Part shown: one piece after another, positions 22,411-34,700 of the stretch | Position numbering within the stretch: the first letter of the stretch is position 1 | Layout: each line of letters begins with the position of its first letter | Source of the DNA: Macrostomum lignano | Lineage: Eukaryota | Length of the DNA: 64,000 nucleotides | Direction: 5' to 3' | NCBI GenBank assembly: GCA_002269645.1 | Contig: NIVC01001264.1 | Location: 248,001-312,000 of the forward strand | Notes under the pieces: generated by a model | Database searches by the model: none | What the model was told of the DNA's origin: nothing | What the model saw: only the letters and a program-made list of their open reading frames with translations | Position numbers and translations under genes: made by a program

Positions 22411-23067
22411 GTGTGTTTCCGAACTATTTCTAAAAGCTGTTGATTAGTACATGTAAACCCTGTGCTTTAAAGGCCCCAGTATGCATCAGTGTACGTTAAT
22501 CATTTTCTGTGATGCAGTTTAGTCTGCTTCTGCTTATAGACTATATATCTTACTCCAGTAACCGTAACTGGGCATTGTTGTATTTGGTGATATAATTTCT
22601 TCAAACTTCTTATTTATATACCCCTCCCGGATAGAAAAATTATTGTAAATAATACTTTTTGTTGTGACACCGATGTTCCACAATGAAATTAACAGTAGTT
22701 ACATGCAAAAATATTTGCAATTACAGTCCATTTCTTTGTTACCTCACTTTGCTTGTCATTGATTTACATTTCAATAGGAAACACATTCTACAAATTCTGC
22801 AATACACTTCAAAAAGTTTTGTCTCAACGATTTCCAGCTCTGATGTGATCATGTGTGAAATTTTACTCTTTGAATTGAAAAAGAAACCAAATGTCAAGGC
22901 GTTATTTCTCGGGTTTTGTTTATTCGCATAATTAGAAATAAAATATTTCCATTTATCGGCCAAATTGCTTTTTGTGTCCGTCATTTTCGCGTGCGGTTTG
23001 TGTTACTGCTAGTAGGAAGTAATGTTTTTTCATTCGGAACATTTTCTCTAAATTTAGGACTTTATTG

Positions 23068-23782
23068 CGTGAAGCTTGTGTGAAACTTGTGTAAAGCTTC
23101 GAGCTTGTGTGTGAGCCTTCGAGCTTGTGTGTGAAGCTTCGAGCTTGTGTGTGAAGCTTCGAGCTTGTGTGAATTAGCTTTTAGCTTGTGTGTGAAGCTT
23201 TTAGCTTGTGTGTGAAGCTTCGAGCTTGTGTGAAGCTTCGAGATTGTGTGAAGCTTCGAGCTTGTGGGAAGCTTCGAGTTTGTGTGAAGCTTCGATATTG
23301 TGTGAATCTTCGAGCTTGTGTGAAGCTTTGAGCTTGTGTGAAGCTTCGAGCTTTTGTGAAGCTTCGAGCTGGTGTGAATTAGCTTCAGCTTGGCTGAAGC
23401 TTCGAGCTTTTGTGAAGCTTCGAGCTGGTGTGAAGCTTCGAGCTTTTGTGAAGCTTCGAGCTGGTGTGAAGCTTTGAGCTTGTGTGAAGCTTCGAGCTTG
23501 TGTGAAGCTTCGAGCTTGTGTGAAGCTTCGAGCTTGTGTGAAGCTTCTAGCTTGTGTGAAGCTTCGAGCTTGTGTGAATCTTTGAGCTTGTGTGAAGCTT
23601 CGAGCTTGTGTGAAGCTTCGAGCTTGTGTGAAGCTTCGAGCTTGTGTGAAGCTTCTAGCTTGTGTGAAGCTTCGAGCTTGTGTGAAGCTTCGAGCTTGTG
23701 TGAAGTTTCTAGCTTGTGTGAAGCTTCGAGCTTGTGTGAATTAGCTTCGAGCTTGTGTGAATTAGCTTCGAGCTTGTGTGAA
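23068..23782. repeat. 18-bp minisatellite (GTGTGAAGCTTCGAGCTT) just upstream of the TMEM201 ATG
   Basis: Read directly. Confidence 0.95.
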
Positions 23783-23837
23783 ACTTGTTGTTCATTTCTG
23801 CATTTCTTAACCTGAGTACTTGTAAACTTTGGTTGTC

Positions 23838-26800
23838 ATGGCAACAACGGCAACACTATTATTAAATATTGTGACGCAATGGTTGTCGCTAGCGGCTACC
23901 AAAACTATATACGGCATTGCGTCTTTGGCAACCTTGTGCGCTCTGCTGCTTGTCTGCTTCTACCTGTGGCGGTTGGCTCGTTGCGGCTTCCCCGTGAACT
24001 GCTGGTTCTGCGGCGGCTCAACTCGGGTGCCCTTTGGCAATCGGAACTGCTTTGATTGCCCCCACTGCGACCAGTACAATGGCTTCGATTCGTGAGTGAG
24101 GGGGACTGTCTGGACATTCATTTTGAGAGGGTATTGTTGTCTTAATTTATCCAGAAGTTCATTCTTTTTTTAGCACACTATAAGAGTCATTCTGAGCACA
24201 CTATGACGTATATTAGTCATTCTGAGCACTCCATACCGGTATTCGTGCACATTATATTAGTCATTCTGAGCACACTTTATTAGTCATTCTGAGTACACTT
24301 TATTAGTCATTCTGAGCACACTTTATTAGTCATTCTGAGCACACTTTATTAGTCATTCTGAGCACACTTTATTAGTCATTCTGAGCACTATAGGAGTCAT
24401 TCTGAACACTATAGGAATCATTCTGAGCACTATAGGAGTCATTCTGAGCACTATAGGAGTCATTCTGAGCACTATAGGAGTCATTCTGAGCACACTATAG
24501 GAATCATTCTGAGCACTATAGGAGTCATTCTGAGCACTATAGAAGTAATTCTGAGCACACTATATGAATCATTCTGAGCACACCATATTAGTCATCCTGA
24601 GTACACTATAAAAATGATCATGGGTACACAATAAAAATCATTTCGAGTACACTATATGATTCATCCTGCGCACACTATAGGAATCATCCTGCGCACACTA
24701 TAGGAATCATCCTGCGCACACTATAGGAATCATCCTGAGCACACTATAGGAATCATTCTGAGCACACTATAGGAATCATCCTGAGCACACTATAGGAATC
24801 ATTCTGAGCACACTATAGGAATCATCCTGAGCACACTATAGGAATCATTCTGAGCACACTATAGGAATCATCCTGAGCACACTATAGGAATCATTCTGAG
24901 CACACTATAGGAATCATTCTGAGCACACTATTAACAGTAATTCTGAGAACCTTTCACAATTGCACTTTACATACTAAAGTACTTATGAGTGTCTGATTTA
25001 ATGAAAAACTTCAGCGAAGGCAACTACAACAAGGACATACCGGCAATGCGGCACTCAGCAATGAACCTACGTCAGACGCCTTTGGCCTGTAGATCCTCTA
25101 GCACTGGCCGACTACCGTCTCCTAGCAACGGCGCGCAGCAGCAGCAGAAACAACTCTGCGACGCTTGCAATCGCAATCAGGCATTGAAGGTGGCCCAGCT
25201 GGCCCAGTTCGAGCCGACCAGTCCGTCTGCGGAGGACGCCGAGCTGGCGGCCCTGCGCGCCCGTCTGGAGCGAGCCTACGCCCTCTGCCAGCGCTGCCGG
25301 GCCAAGCGGCGGGCCGCTCTGCAGGCTCAGGATATCCGACTGTTGCCGAGCTTACTCGAATGGCAGAGGTCGCGAGTTCGAGCCCGGAACAAAGCCGTTA
25401 AAACATCCGGCGCGTGCTCGAAGCAGACTAATTGGCTTCGAATGTTTTCTGTTTGCCTAGCAACTATGGGCTTGGCTTCCGCTTTGTCTGCTTGCGCAGC
25501 TCGACTGGTCTGCCTGCCGGCTGTCTTCTGCCTGCTTCTGGCTTGCCTGATCCGCCGGCCGCTCTGCTTCGGCTTCAGATTTCTAATTAACGGATGCGGC
25601 GGCGATCTGTGGCAAGGGCCCGTGTTCTTTGCGGCAGTGGAACCGTTGAGAACTCAGCTGACTGGTTGGATTGCTGAGGCTCTGGGGTTGGTGCTTAATG
25701 ATGATGGCCTCAGCGTGAGCTTGCCTGGGTGAGCAGATATTGTGTCCTGCTGTTGCTTGTTGATGTCCAGTGTGACATCCAGTGTGACAACCAGTGTGAC
25801 ATCTAGTGTGACATCCAGTGTGACATCTAGTGTGACATCTAGTGTGACATCCAGTGTGACATCTAGTGTGACATCTAGTGTGACATCCAGTGTGACATCT
25901 AGTGTGACATCTAGTGTGACATCTAGTGTGACATCCAGTGTGACATCTAGTGTGACATCTAGTGTGACATCCAGTGTGACATGCAGTGTGAAATCTAGTG
26001 TGACATCCAGTGTGACATCCAGTGTGAAATCTAGTGTGACATCTAGTGTGACAACCAGTGTGACATCCAGTGTGACAACCAGTGTGTCTTTGACTAGCGC
26101 TCCTTTCCAAGAAACCACAATTGCAAATTTCAGCTCAGCTACACGCTTCCAGCTCAGTTCGTCCACAATGGCTTCTTGGCTAATGTCAGCGACTCTTACT
26201 GTTCTGCACCTCATCGCATTCTGGTTCAGATGGCGTCAGTTTAGAGCCTCATCCAGCTTAGTAACAATTGTCAATGTCAACAGTAACCATAGCAACAACA
26301 AAGCCAAGCTTCGCAGTCTAAACGGCAATTATAACAATAATAAAGCTACTGTCAGTAATTTCGGCGATGCCAGTTCTAATAGCGATAATAGTAGCGTCGC
26401 TGATGATGTCGATACTAATGTCGATTCTGCGTCGGTTCTGGCTTGGAATCAGCAGCAGCAACAGCAGAAGCCGGCGCCGTCACTTATCAATCAGCGCGCG
26501 TATCTGCTTCAGCAGCAGGCTCAGGTCAAACGTCCTGCTTCGCTTCCGCCTGACTGGGCCTCTGGCGGCGCCGCTGCATATCGACCGGTTCGCTCGTTCA
26601 GCTACTTGCAGCCCAATAACAGGCCGGTCGGTTTTGCCAATCCCACTCAGTCCCTGCTGTCGCCTGCGCAGCACCGACCGGCTTCGAGGTCGCCACCGGC
26701 GCCTCCGTCCACTCCGCTGATGTTGACGCCGACTGCTGCGCCATCGGCTGCCTGTATTGGTCGACGGTCGCCATCCACGGCAATTGGCCTGCCGTCGCCT

Positions 26801-27649
26801 ATGGACGTTGACGAGGATACTGGGGGACTGCGGCAGGCTGAATGCGACCTTGGCGGGGAAGGCGGTGAGCCTGCTGTCTGGATGCCTGTCTGTTTAGGGT
26901 ACCTGTCATCGGGTCTCAGTGTCTGTCTGTCTGTTTAGTGTACCTGTCATCGTGTCTCAGTGTCTGTCTGTCTGTTTAGGGTACCTGTCATCGTGTCTCA
27001 GTGTCTGTCTGTCTGTCTGTTTAGGGTACCTGTCATCGTGTCTCAGTGTCTGTCTGTCTGTTTAGGGTACCTGTCATCGTGTCTCAGTGTCTGTCTGTCC
27101 GTTTAGGGTACCTGTCATCGTGTCTCAGTGTCTGTCTGTCTGTTTAGGGTACCTGTCATCGGGTCTCAGTGTCTGTCTGTCTGTTTAGGGTACCTGTCAT
27201 CGTGTCTCAGTGTCTGTCTGTCCGTTTAGGGTACCTGTCATCGTGTCTCAGTGTCTGGCTGTCTGTCTTTCTGTCTGTCTGCTTATCTCGCCCACTCGCA
27301 TTTAACTCAATAGAGCATTCAACTTCATCAAACGCATCTTAAGTCATAAATTTCGCATTTAACTGCAGACTCCGCTTACGCCAGCCAGCGCGCTTCGATC
27401 GCCGACATGCCGTTGACCTTCGGCGCCTCAGCGTCGCGACCGCCAACGGCATCTGAGGCCAAGGGCCGCAGCAGTGGCAGCCGAAGCCGCCTCTCCCAGG
27501 TGCTAATTGGGTGCTGCGTTGGCGTCAATTTCTCCCTGCTGCTGCACTGCCTGCTGATACCAGCTGGCGGCGCTGTTCTCGCTGCTGTTGCAGCCGGAAG
27601 CACCTGGGCCGACTCAGTGGAAAATATTTGGCTGCTGGTTGCTGGCTGA
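23838..27649 (+). CDS. TMEM201: Inner nuclear membrane protein TMEM201/Samp1 (Ima1 zinc-finger N-terminus); exons 23838-24091, 25015-25728, 26098-26864, 27369-27649
   Basis: VNCWFC....VPFGNRNCFDCPHCDQYNGF|SEGNYNKDIP and LCDACNRNQ.LKV.QLA.FEP...YALCQRC are TMEM201 signatures. GT-AG introns with consistent phases. C-terminal hydrophobic helix. Confidence 0.9.
24170..24950. repeat. 23-bp minisatellite (A/GTCATTCTGAGCACACTATAGG family) in TMEM201 intron 1
   Basis: Read directly. Confidence 0.95.
25768..26086. repeat. 12-bp minisatellite (AGTGTGACATC[C/T]) in TMEM201 intron 2
   Basis: Read directly. Confidence 0.95.
26885..27270. repeat. 41-bp minisatellite (GTACCTGTCATCGTGTCTCAGTGTCTGTCTGTCTGTTTAGG) in TMEM201 intron 3
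   Basis: Read directly. Confidence 0.95.
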
Positions 27650-27689
27650 TGTTACTGGACTCTCAGATTTCACGTCCTCTACAGCCTTC

Positions 27690-28095
27690 ACCTCCCTTAT
27701 AACTTCTGCCCCAGCACCCACCCCCAACCCCCTTATAACTTCTGCCCCAGCACCCACCCCCAACCCCCTTATAACTTCTGCCCCAGCACCCACCCTCATC
27801 CCCACCCGGATATAACGTCTGCCCCAGCACCCACCCCACCCCCACCCCTTATAACTTCCTTCCTAGCGCCCACCCCCACCCCCAACCCCGATATAACTTC
27901 TGCCCCAGCACCCACCCCAACCCCCGATATAACTTCTACCCCAGCACCCACCCCCACCCCGTTATAACTACTGCCCCAGCACCCACCCCCACTCCGTTAT
28001 AACTTCTGCCCCAGCACCCACCCCCACCCCGTTATAACTTCTGCCCCAGCACCCACCCCCACCCCGTCATAACTTCTGCCCCAGCACCCACTTCG
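27690..28095. repeat. 36-bp minisatellite (ATAACTTCTGCCCCAGCACCCACCCCCAACCCCCTT) downstream of TMEM201
   Basis: Read directly. Confidence 0.92.
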
Positions 28096-28749
28096 ACCCG
28101 TCTTATTACTTTTTACAAATTGGGTGTACTTAGTTGTGCATTTAATAGCTAATAAATTTATTGTTAGTCATTGACTTTTTATGCTGCTATTATAGGAATT
28201 TGTGCGCACTGTTTATTTACAGCAGGATTTAGCGGTCTATAAAAAGAAGCTTGAATTTCCATCAATCTGTTAAATTTAAGAATTCATGTTTTACTTAAAC
28301 GTTTAGCGTTTTTCGGTCATAATTTTCAGATTGAATTCGGAATTCAAACAGGAATTTTTACTCTCCGATATATCTAACACGTGGAGTGATTCAATTCCTT
28401 ATTACACGTATGCCATTCGATTGGCTAATCCAAAATAATGATCTTTTAACCTCCGCTTTGCTCTGTATGCAGTCCGTCTGCAAATTTGGCTATCGGTGCC
28501 ATCGTGCCACACTTGTATTTGATAGTGTGCTCTGTTCGGTAAATTAATAATGCATCTTTAGAAAATAAAAATGTTCATATCATTTTCGAACTTTGTCGCT
28601 GAATTTTAGATTTTGTTTCATTCCTCTGTTTTTTTCACTTTTTGTAGTTCTCAATATATGGATCCATGCAGTTTTTTAAGTTCATTTTAATTAAATAAAT
28701 TTCGCATCTGGCGTTAGCGGAATTTTGACATTGTTACGCTTTTGAACCG

Positions 28750-31700
28750 TTGCAGCCTCGCTCTCAACAGAAATCTCTGAGCAGTCGCCGCCCAGTGGGT
28801 TGTCGCATAGTAGCTGATAGGGGATCCGATCTTAGTGCAACCCCTGCGCTGGCACCCACCCCCTCCGCAACCCCTGCCCTGGCACCCACCCCCTCCGCCA
28901 CCCCTGCCCCAGCACCCACCCCCTCTGCAACCCCTGCCCCAGCACCCACCCCCTCCGCGACCCCTGCCCCAGCACCCACCCCCTCCGCGACCCCTGCCCC
29001 AGCACCCACCCCCTCCGCGACCCCTGCCCCAGCACCCACCCCCTCCGCGACCCCTGCCCCAGCACCCACCCCCTCTGCGACCCCTGCCGCTCCCCCATCT
29101 GGCGGAGACAGAGTCATCGCCCTAATCGACATGGACTGTTTCTACGTTCAAGTTGAGCTGCAGCATTGTCCCGAAAGCATTGGCAAGCCGGCTGTAGTTG
29201 TTCAATACACTGGCGCCGGCCTCTTAGCCGTGTCCTACGAGGCGCGTGCACTGGGCGTTCGGCGCCACATGAGGCTGGCAGACGCGCAGCGCATCTGTCC
29301 CAGCCTGAAGGTGTTCCAAGTGCCGGAGAAGCGCGGCAAAGCCGACATCTCTCGCTACCGTCAGGCGTCCGACGCGGTCATGTCCGCGCTGAGCCAGCTG
29401 AGTACTCAGTTTCAGAAGGCTTCAATTGATGAGGCCTACGTTGACTTGACCGAACGTGTGGACGGCATGCTTGCTGAGTCCAGCGACTCCTGCTTGGACA
29501 TGCTGAAGCCGGAGCGATTAAAATCTACCTGCATGGCAGTCGGAGGTCAGGAGGCGCTCTCTGATTGGCTCAATGGTTGCCTAGCAACCGCTGCCGGTAT
29601 GACGCGGGAACAGCGACTTCGGTATCACGATTTGAGACTAGCAGTGGGAGCCTGTCTGGTTGAGGATGTCAGGTGAGTTTAGTGCGGTAGGGCATACGTA
29701 TAGTTACCCCCAAGCAGTGTTGGGCACCAGTCCGTTAATAAGCGTTAATCCGTTAATAAGCGTTAATCCGTTAATAAGTGTTAAGATTTTTTGCACTAAC
29801 GGATTAACGAATTTTCGTTAATAATTTTGTGAGTTCATCGTCAAATTCATCGTTGACGTTAATGGCAATTTCAATGACCAAAAACGCAAAGAAAGAACAA
29901 AAATACAAGTCTGACAAGAAGTTACAACATTACGAATGTTTTCGAATTTACCTAAATGCCTAATTAATCTCTCTGTTAATAAACGATGATACTTTCTTAG
30001 CTTTCTACTGTGCCTGCTAATACTAATGAAACAACCTTCCTATTCGTATTCTATTATTAACTAATTAGCTTTCAAGTTTCAAATAAACGAGTTACTTCTT
30101 TTACCCGATGCTTACTTTTAGTAGTATTATTACTAGCAATCTTCGCCCCCCGATGGGGGACATCTGAATTGGATATCTGTTCTCTAAAAGTAACAAAAAG
30201 ACAGCGAAATAAAGCTTTCACAAAGACAACAGACATTCCATCTAAAAAGAAAACATCATCCCAAGACAGCAAGCATCTCCTCAGATAGCAAAACCCCTCG
30301 CCCCAATATGGCAAGTACCCTCGCGCCGAGAGCAAGCCTCTTGCCTCCCAAATATCAAGCATCCCCCGATAGCAAGCATCCCCAGACAGCATGCAAGCAT
30401 CTCCCAGGTAGCAAGCATCCCCCAGATAGCAAGAATCCCCCAGATATAGCAAGCATCCCCAGACAGCATGCAAGCATCTCCCAGATAGCAAGCATCCCCA
30501 GACAGCATGCAAGCATCCCCCAGATAGCACGCATCCCCCAGCTAGCAAGAATCCCCCAGATAGCAAGCATCCCCAAACAGCATGCAAGCATCCCCAGACA
30601 GCATGCAAGCATCCCCCAGATAGCAAGCATCCCCCAGCTAGCAAGAATCCCCCAGATAGCAAGCATCCCCAAACAGCATGCAAGCATCCCCAGACAGCAT
30701 GCAAGCATCCCCCAGATAGCTAGCAACCCCCCTTCTCAGATAGCAAGTACCCTCCACTCCCCAAGAGCAAGCATCCCCCAATAGCAAGTTACCCCAGATA
30801 GCAATTATCTATCCTTAAATAGCAAGCATCCATCAGACAACAAGTAGCTAGTGCAAAAATATCCTTAGCTTTATAGTGGCTCCTTTAGGTTTGGCATGGT
30901 GGCTCTTTAATGTTTGACATGGTGGCTCTTTTATGTTATACACGGTGGCTCTTTTATGTTATACACGGTGGCTCTTTTATGTTATACACGGTGGCTCTTT
31001 TATGTTATACATGGTGGCTCTTTTATGTTTGACCTGGTAGCTCTTTAATGTTTGACATAGTGGCTCTTTAATGTTTGACATTGAGCCAGGTATATGTTTG
31101 ACATGGTGGATATTTTGTTTGACATGGTGCCTCTTCTATGTCTGACTTGGTAGCTCTTTTACGAGTATGTTTGACATGATAGCTCTTTAATGTTTGACAT
31201 GGTGGCTCTTTAATGTTTGACATGGTGTCTCTTTAATGTTTGACATGGTGTCTCTTTAATGTTTGACACGGAGTCACGTATATGTTTGACATGGTGGCTT
31301 TTTAATGTTCGAAATGGTGGCTCTTTAATGTTCGAAATGGTGGCTCTTTTATGTTTGACATGGTGGCTCTTTAATGTTTGACTTGTGGCTCTTTAATGTT
31401 CTAAATGGTGGCTCTTAAATGTTCGAAATGGTGGCTCTTTAATGTTCGAAATGGTGGCTCTTTAATGTTCGAAATGGTGGCTCTTTAATGTTCGAAACGG
31501 TGGCTCTTTAATGTTCGAAACGGTGGCTCTTTAATGTTCGAAATGGTGGCTCTTTTATGTTTGATACGGTGGCTCTTTAATGTCTGACATGGTGGCTCTT
31601 TAATGTTTGAAACAAAGTCACTTATATGTTTGCCATGGTGGCTCCTAAATGTTCAACATGGTAGCTCTTTTAGTTTGACATTGCGCTTCTTTTATGTTTA

Positions 31701-34700
31701 GCATTTTGTGCTTTTGTGTTTTAATAAAAAAATCATTTTGTTTGTTTGTAGTTCTAAGATTCGAACCCAGGTTGCTACATTAGCAGTCCAGTCTGTTCGC
31801 ATCTATGCTATCTCTTTTCAATTGGAGAACACGAATTGTGGCCCTTATAATTCAATTCTTACAGCAAGTTGGTTAGAGCAAAAGCTTATGACATAATCAA
31901 TTTCTCAGTCAGCCAGTATCAGTCTCAATTTAAGTTAGCAATATGGTTACGCAATTTCAATCAAGTCGTGTGTGCATTTTATGGACACTGTTTTCAACTT
32001 GTTGTGATGCAATCTTTATCACAATCGGTATTCAGCCAGTCAGTTTTTTCTCTAGCATTCTTACAATGCATTTCAGGTCGAAAGAGCTGTTTGACCTTTG
32101 CAAAAAAGCATGTTTTTCGAATATTTAATGCCTTTAACATTAAGCAATTTCTTAGCCAAAATGCATGTACCGTCCCAGGAAAATTTCTGATCGAATGGTG
32201 CAAGTTTGAAGAAAATCGGTTCAGCCATTTTTTCTAAAATCTATTATTATTTATTACTTTTTTGCTTGTGAATCTCTTAGATGACCTCTGTGTTTCGCTA
32301 AAAAGTCTGTTTTGAAAGTAAGTGCTTTGAAATGTTTTGAAATGATTGTGGGACCATGTCGCCGAAGGCGTTGGGCCAGGGTCCTCCACCAGCTAGGAGT
32401 AACTCAGGATGTGTGGAACCCCCCCCCCCTCAGTCCTGAGGTGTCGGTTGCACATGTGCCCAATAAATTAAAATTAAAATTATTTTTATTATTAATATTA
32501 TTATTAATGCTCAGCTTTCGAATCGTATACCTAATTTACTCTTTAGAAGGCATACTCGGTGTTACATTCAAACCTCCGCAACCCCAGCACCCACCCCCTT
32601 TGCCGCCCCTGCCCCTTAAGACATTCGTTTCAGTGAAGCAGGTGTTTATTAATAAGCGAATTGTTAAATATTTGCTCCCTTGCGTATGTGTACATGTGTC
32701 GTTTCGTTTTGGTAATTTGTAGGTCCGAAGTTCGAGCCCGCCTAGGCTACAACTGCAGCGCCGGCTTAGCTGGCACAAAAACTTTGGCTAAAATTAGCGC
32801 CGGCGCTAACAAACCCGCGCGGCAAACGTTGGCGCCCTGGTCGATGGCGCCGGAATTGATGGCGCCGATGCCGCTGGACCGGGTGCCCCGGCTTGGCGGC
32901 AAATTGGGCCGAGCAATCAGCGCCCTGCTCGGCGGCAATGCCACCGTGGCCGACGTGCTGGCCGCGTCCGAGGCCTCCGTCCTGTCCGCCGAACTCGACT
33001 CGGCCAGTGTCCGGTACGCCAGGGAGCTGTGCCGCGGTCTTGACGGCGGCGAGGCTGTGGTGCCTCGATTGGCGCAGACTTCGCTGGGCTGTTCGAAAAA
33101 TTTCTACGAACCGATTCGCGATTCGGCTACGCTACGGCGATGGCTGGGCGAACTGGGCGACGAGCTGTTTGAACGGCTGACGCAGGACCGGGTGGAGCAT
33201 CGGTTAGTGCGCTGGGTGCTTTTGTGCGCCTTGTCTTATTAGCTAGTTACTCACCTGTCTACCTGTCTGCTTATCTACCTACCTGCCTACTTATCTACCT
33301 ACCTGCCTACTTATCTACCTACCTGCCTACCTTTCTACCTTCCTGCCTACTTATCTACCTTCCTGCCTACTTATCTACCTACCTGCCTACTTATCTACCT
33401 ACCTGTCTATTTATCTACCTACCTGCCTACTTATCTATCTACCCGTCTACTTATCCACCTACCTGCCTACCTTCTTCTACCTTTCTGCCTACTTATCTAC
33501 CTACCTGCCTACTTATCTACCTACCTGCCTACTTATCTACCTACCTGCCTACTTATCTACCTACCTGCCTACCTTTCTACCTTCCTGCCTACTTATCTAC
33601 CTACCTGCCTACTTATCTACCTACCTGTCTATTTATCTACCTACCTGCCTACTTATCTATCTACCCGTCTACTTATCCACCTACCTGCCTACCTTCTTCT
33701 ACCTTTCTGCCTACTTATCTACCTACCTGCCTACTTATCTACCTACCTGTCTATTTATCTACCTACCTGCCTACTTATCTATCTACCCGTCTACTTATCC
33801 ACCTACCTGCCTACCTTCTTCTACCTTTCTGCCTACTTATCTACCTACCTGCCTACTTATCTACCTACCTGCCTACTTATCTACCTACCTGCCTACTTAT
33901 CTACCTACCTGTCTGCTTATCTTTATACCTGTCTGCTTATCTATCTACCTGTCTGCTTATCTTTATACCTGTCTGCTTATCTATCTACCTGTCTGCTTAT
34001 CTACCTACCTGTCTGCTTATCTTTATACCTGTCTGCTTATCTACCTACCTGCCTACTTATCTACCTACCTGTCTGCTTGTCTTTATACCTGTCTGCTTAT
34101 CTATCTACCTGCCTACTTATCTACCTACCTGCCTACTTATCTACCTACCTGCCTACTTATCTACCTACCTGTCTGCTTATCTTTATACCTGTCTGCTTAT
34201 CTATCTACCTGCCTACTTATCTACCTACCTGCCTACTTATCTACCTACCTGCCTACTTATCTACCTACCTGTCTATTTATCTACCTACCTGCCTACTTAT
34301 CTATCTACCCGTCTACTTATCCACCTACCTGCCTACCTTTCTTCTACCTTTCTGCCTACTTATCTACCTACCTGCCTACTTATCTACCTACCTGTCTATT
34401 TATCTACCTACCTGCCTACTTATCTATCTACCCGTCTACTTATCCACCTACCTGCCTACCTTTCTTCTACCTTTTTACCTACTTATCTACCTACCTGCCT
34501 ACTTATCTACATTCCTCCCTACTTATCTGCCTTCCTGCCTACTTATCTTTCTATCTGCCTACCTTCTCTACCTTCTCTACCCATCTTATCTACTCATCTA
34601 CCTAATTTATCTGAATTATTGCAACCTTATCTACCTATCCGCCTACTTTATCTGAATTATTGCAACCTTATCTACCTATCCGCCTACTTTATCTACCTTA

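Noticed and set aside
21334-22447. Cys/Pro-rich ORFs of 239-369 aa
   Set aside because: Translation of the 22-bp array downstream of the SH3BP5 stop.
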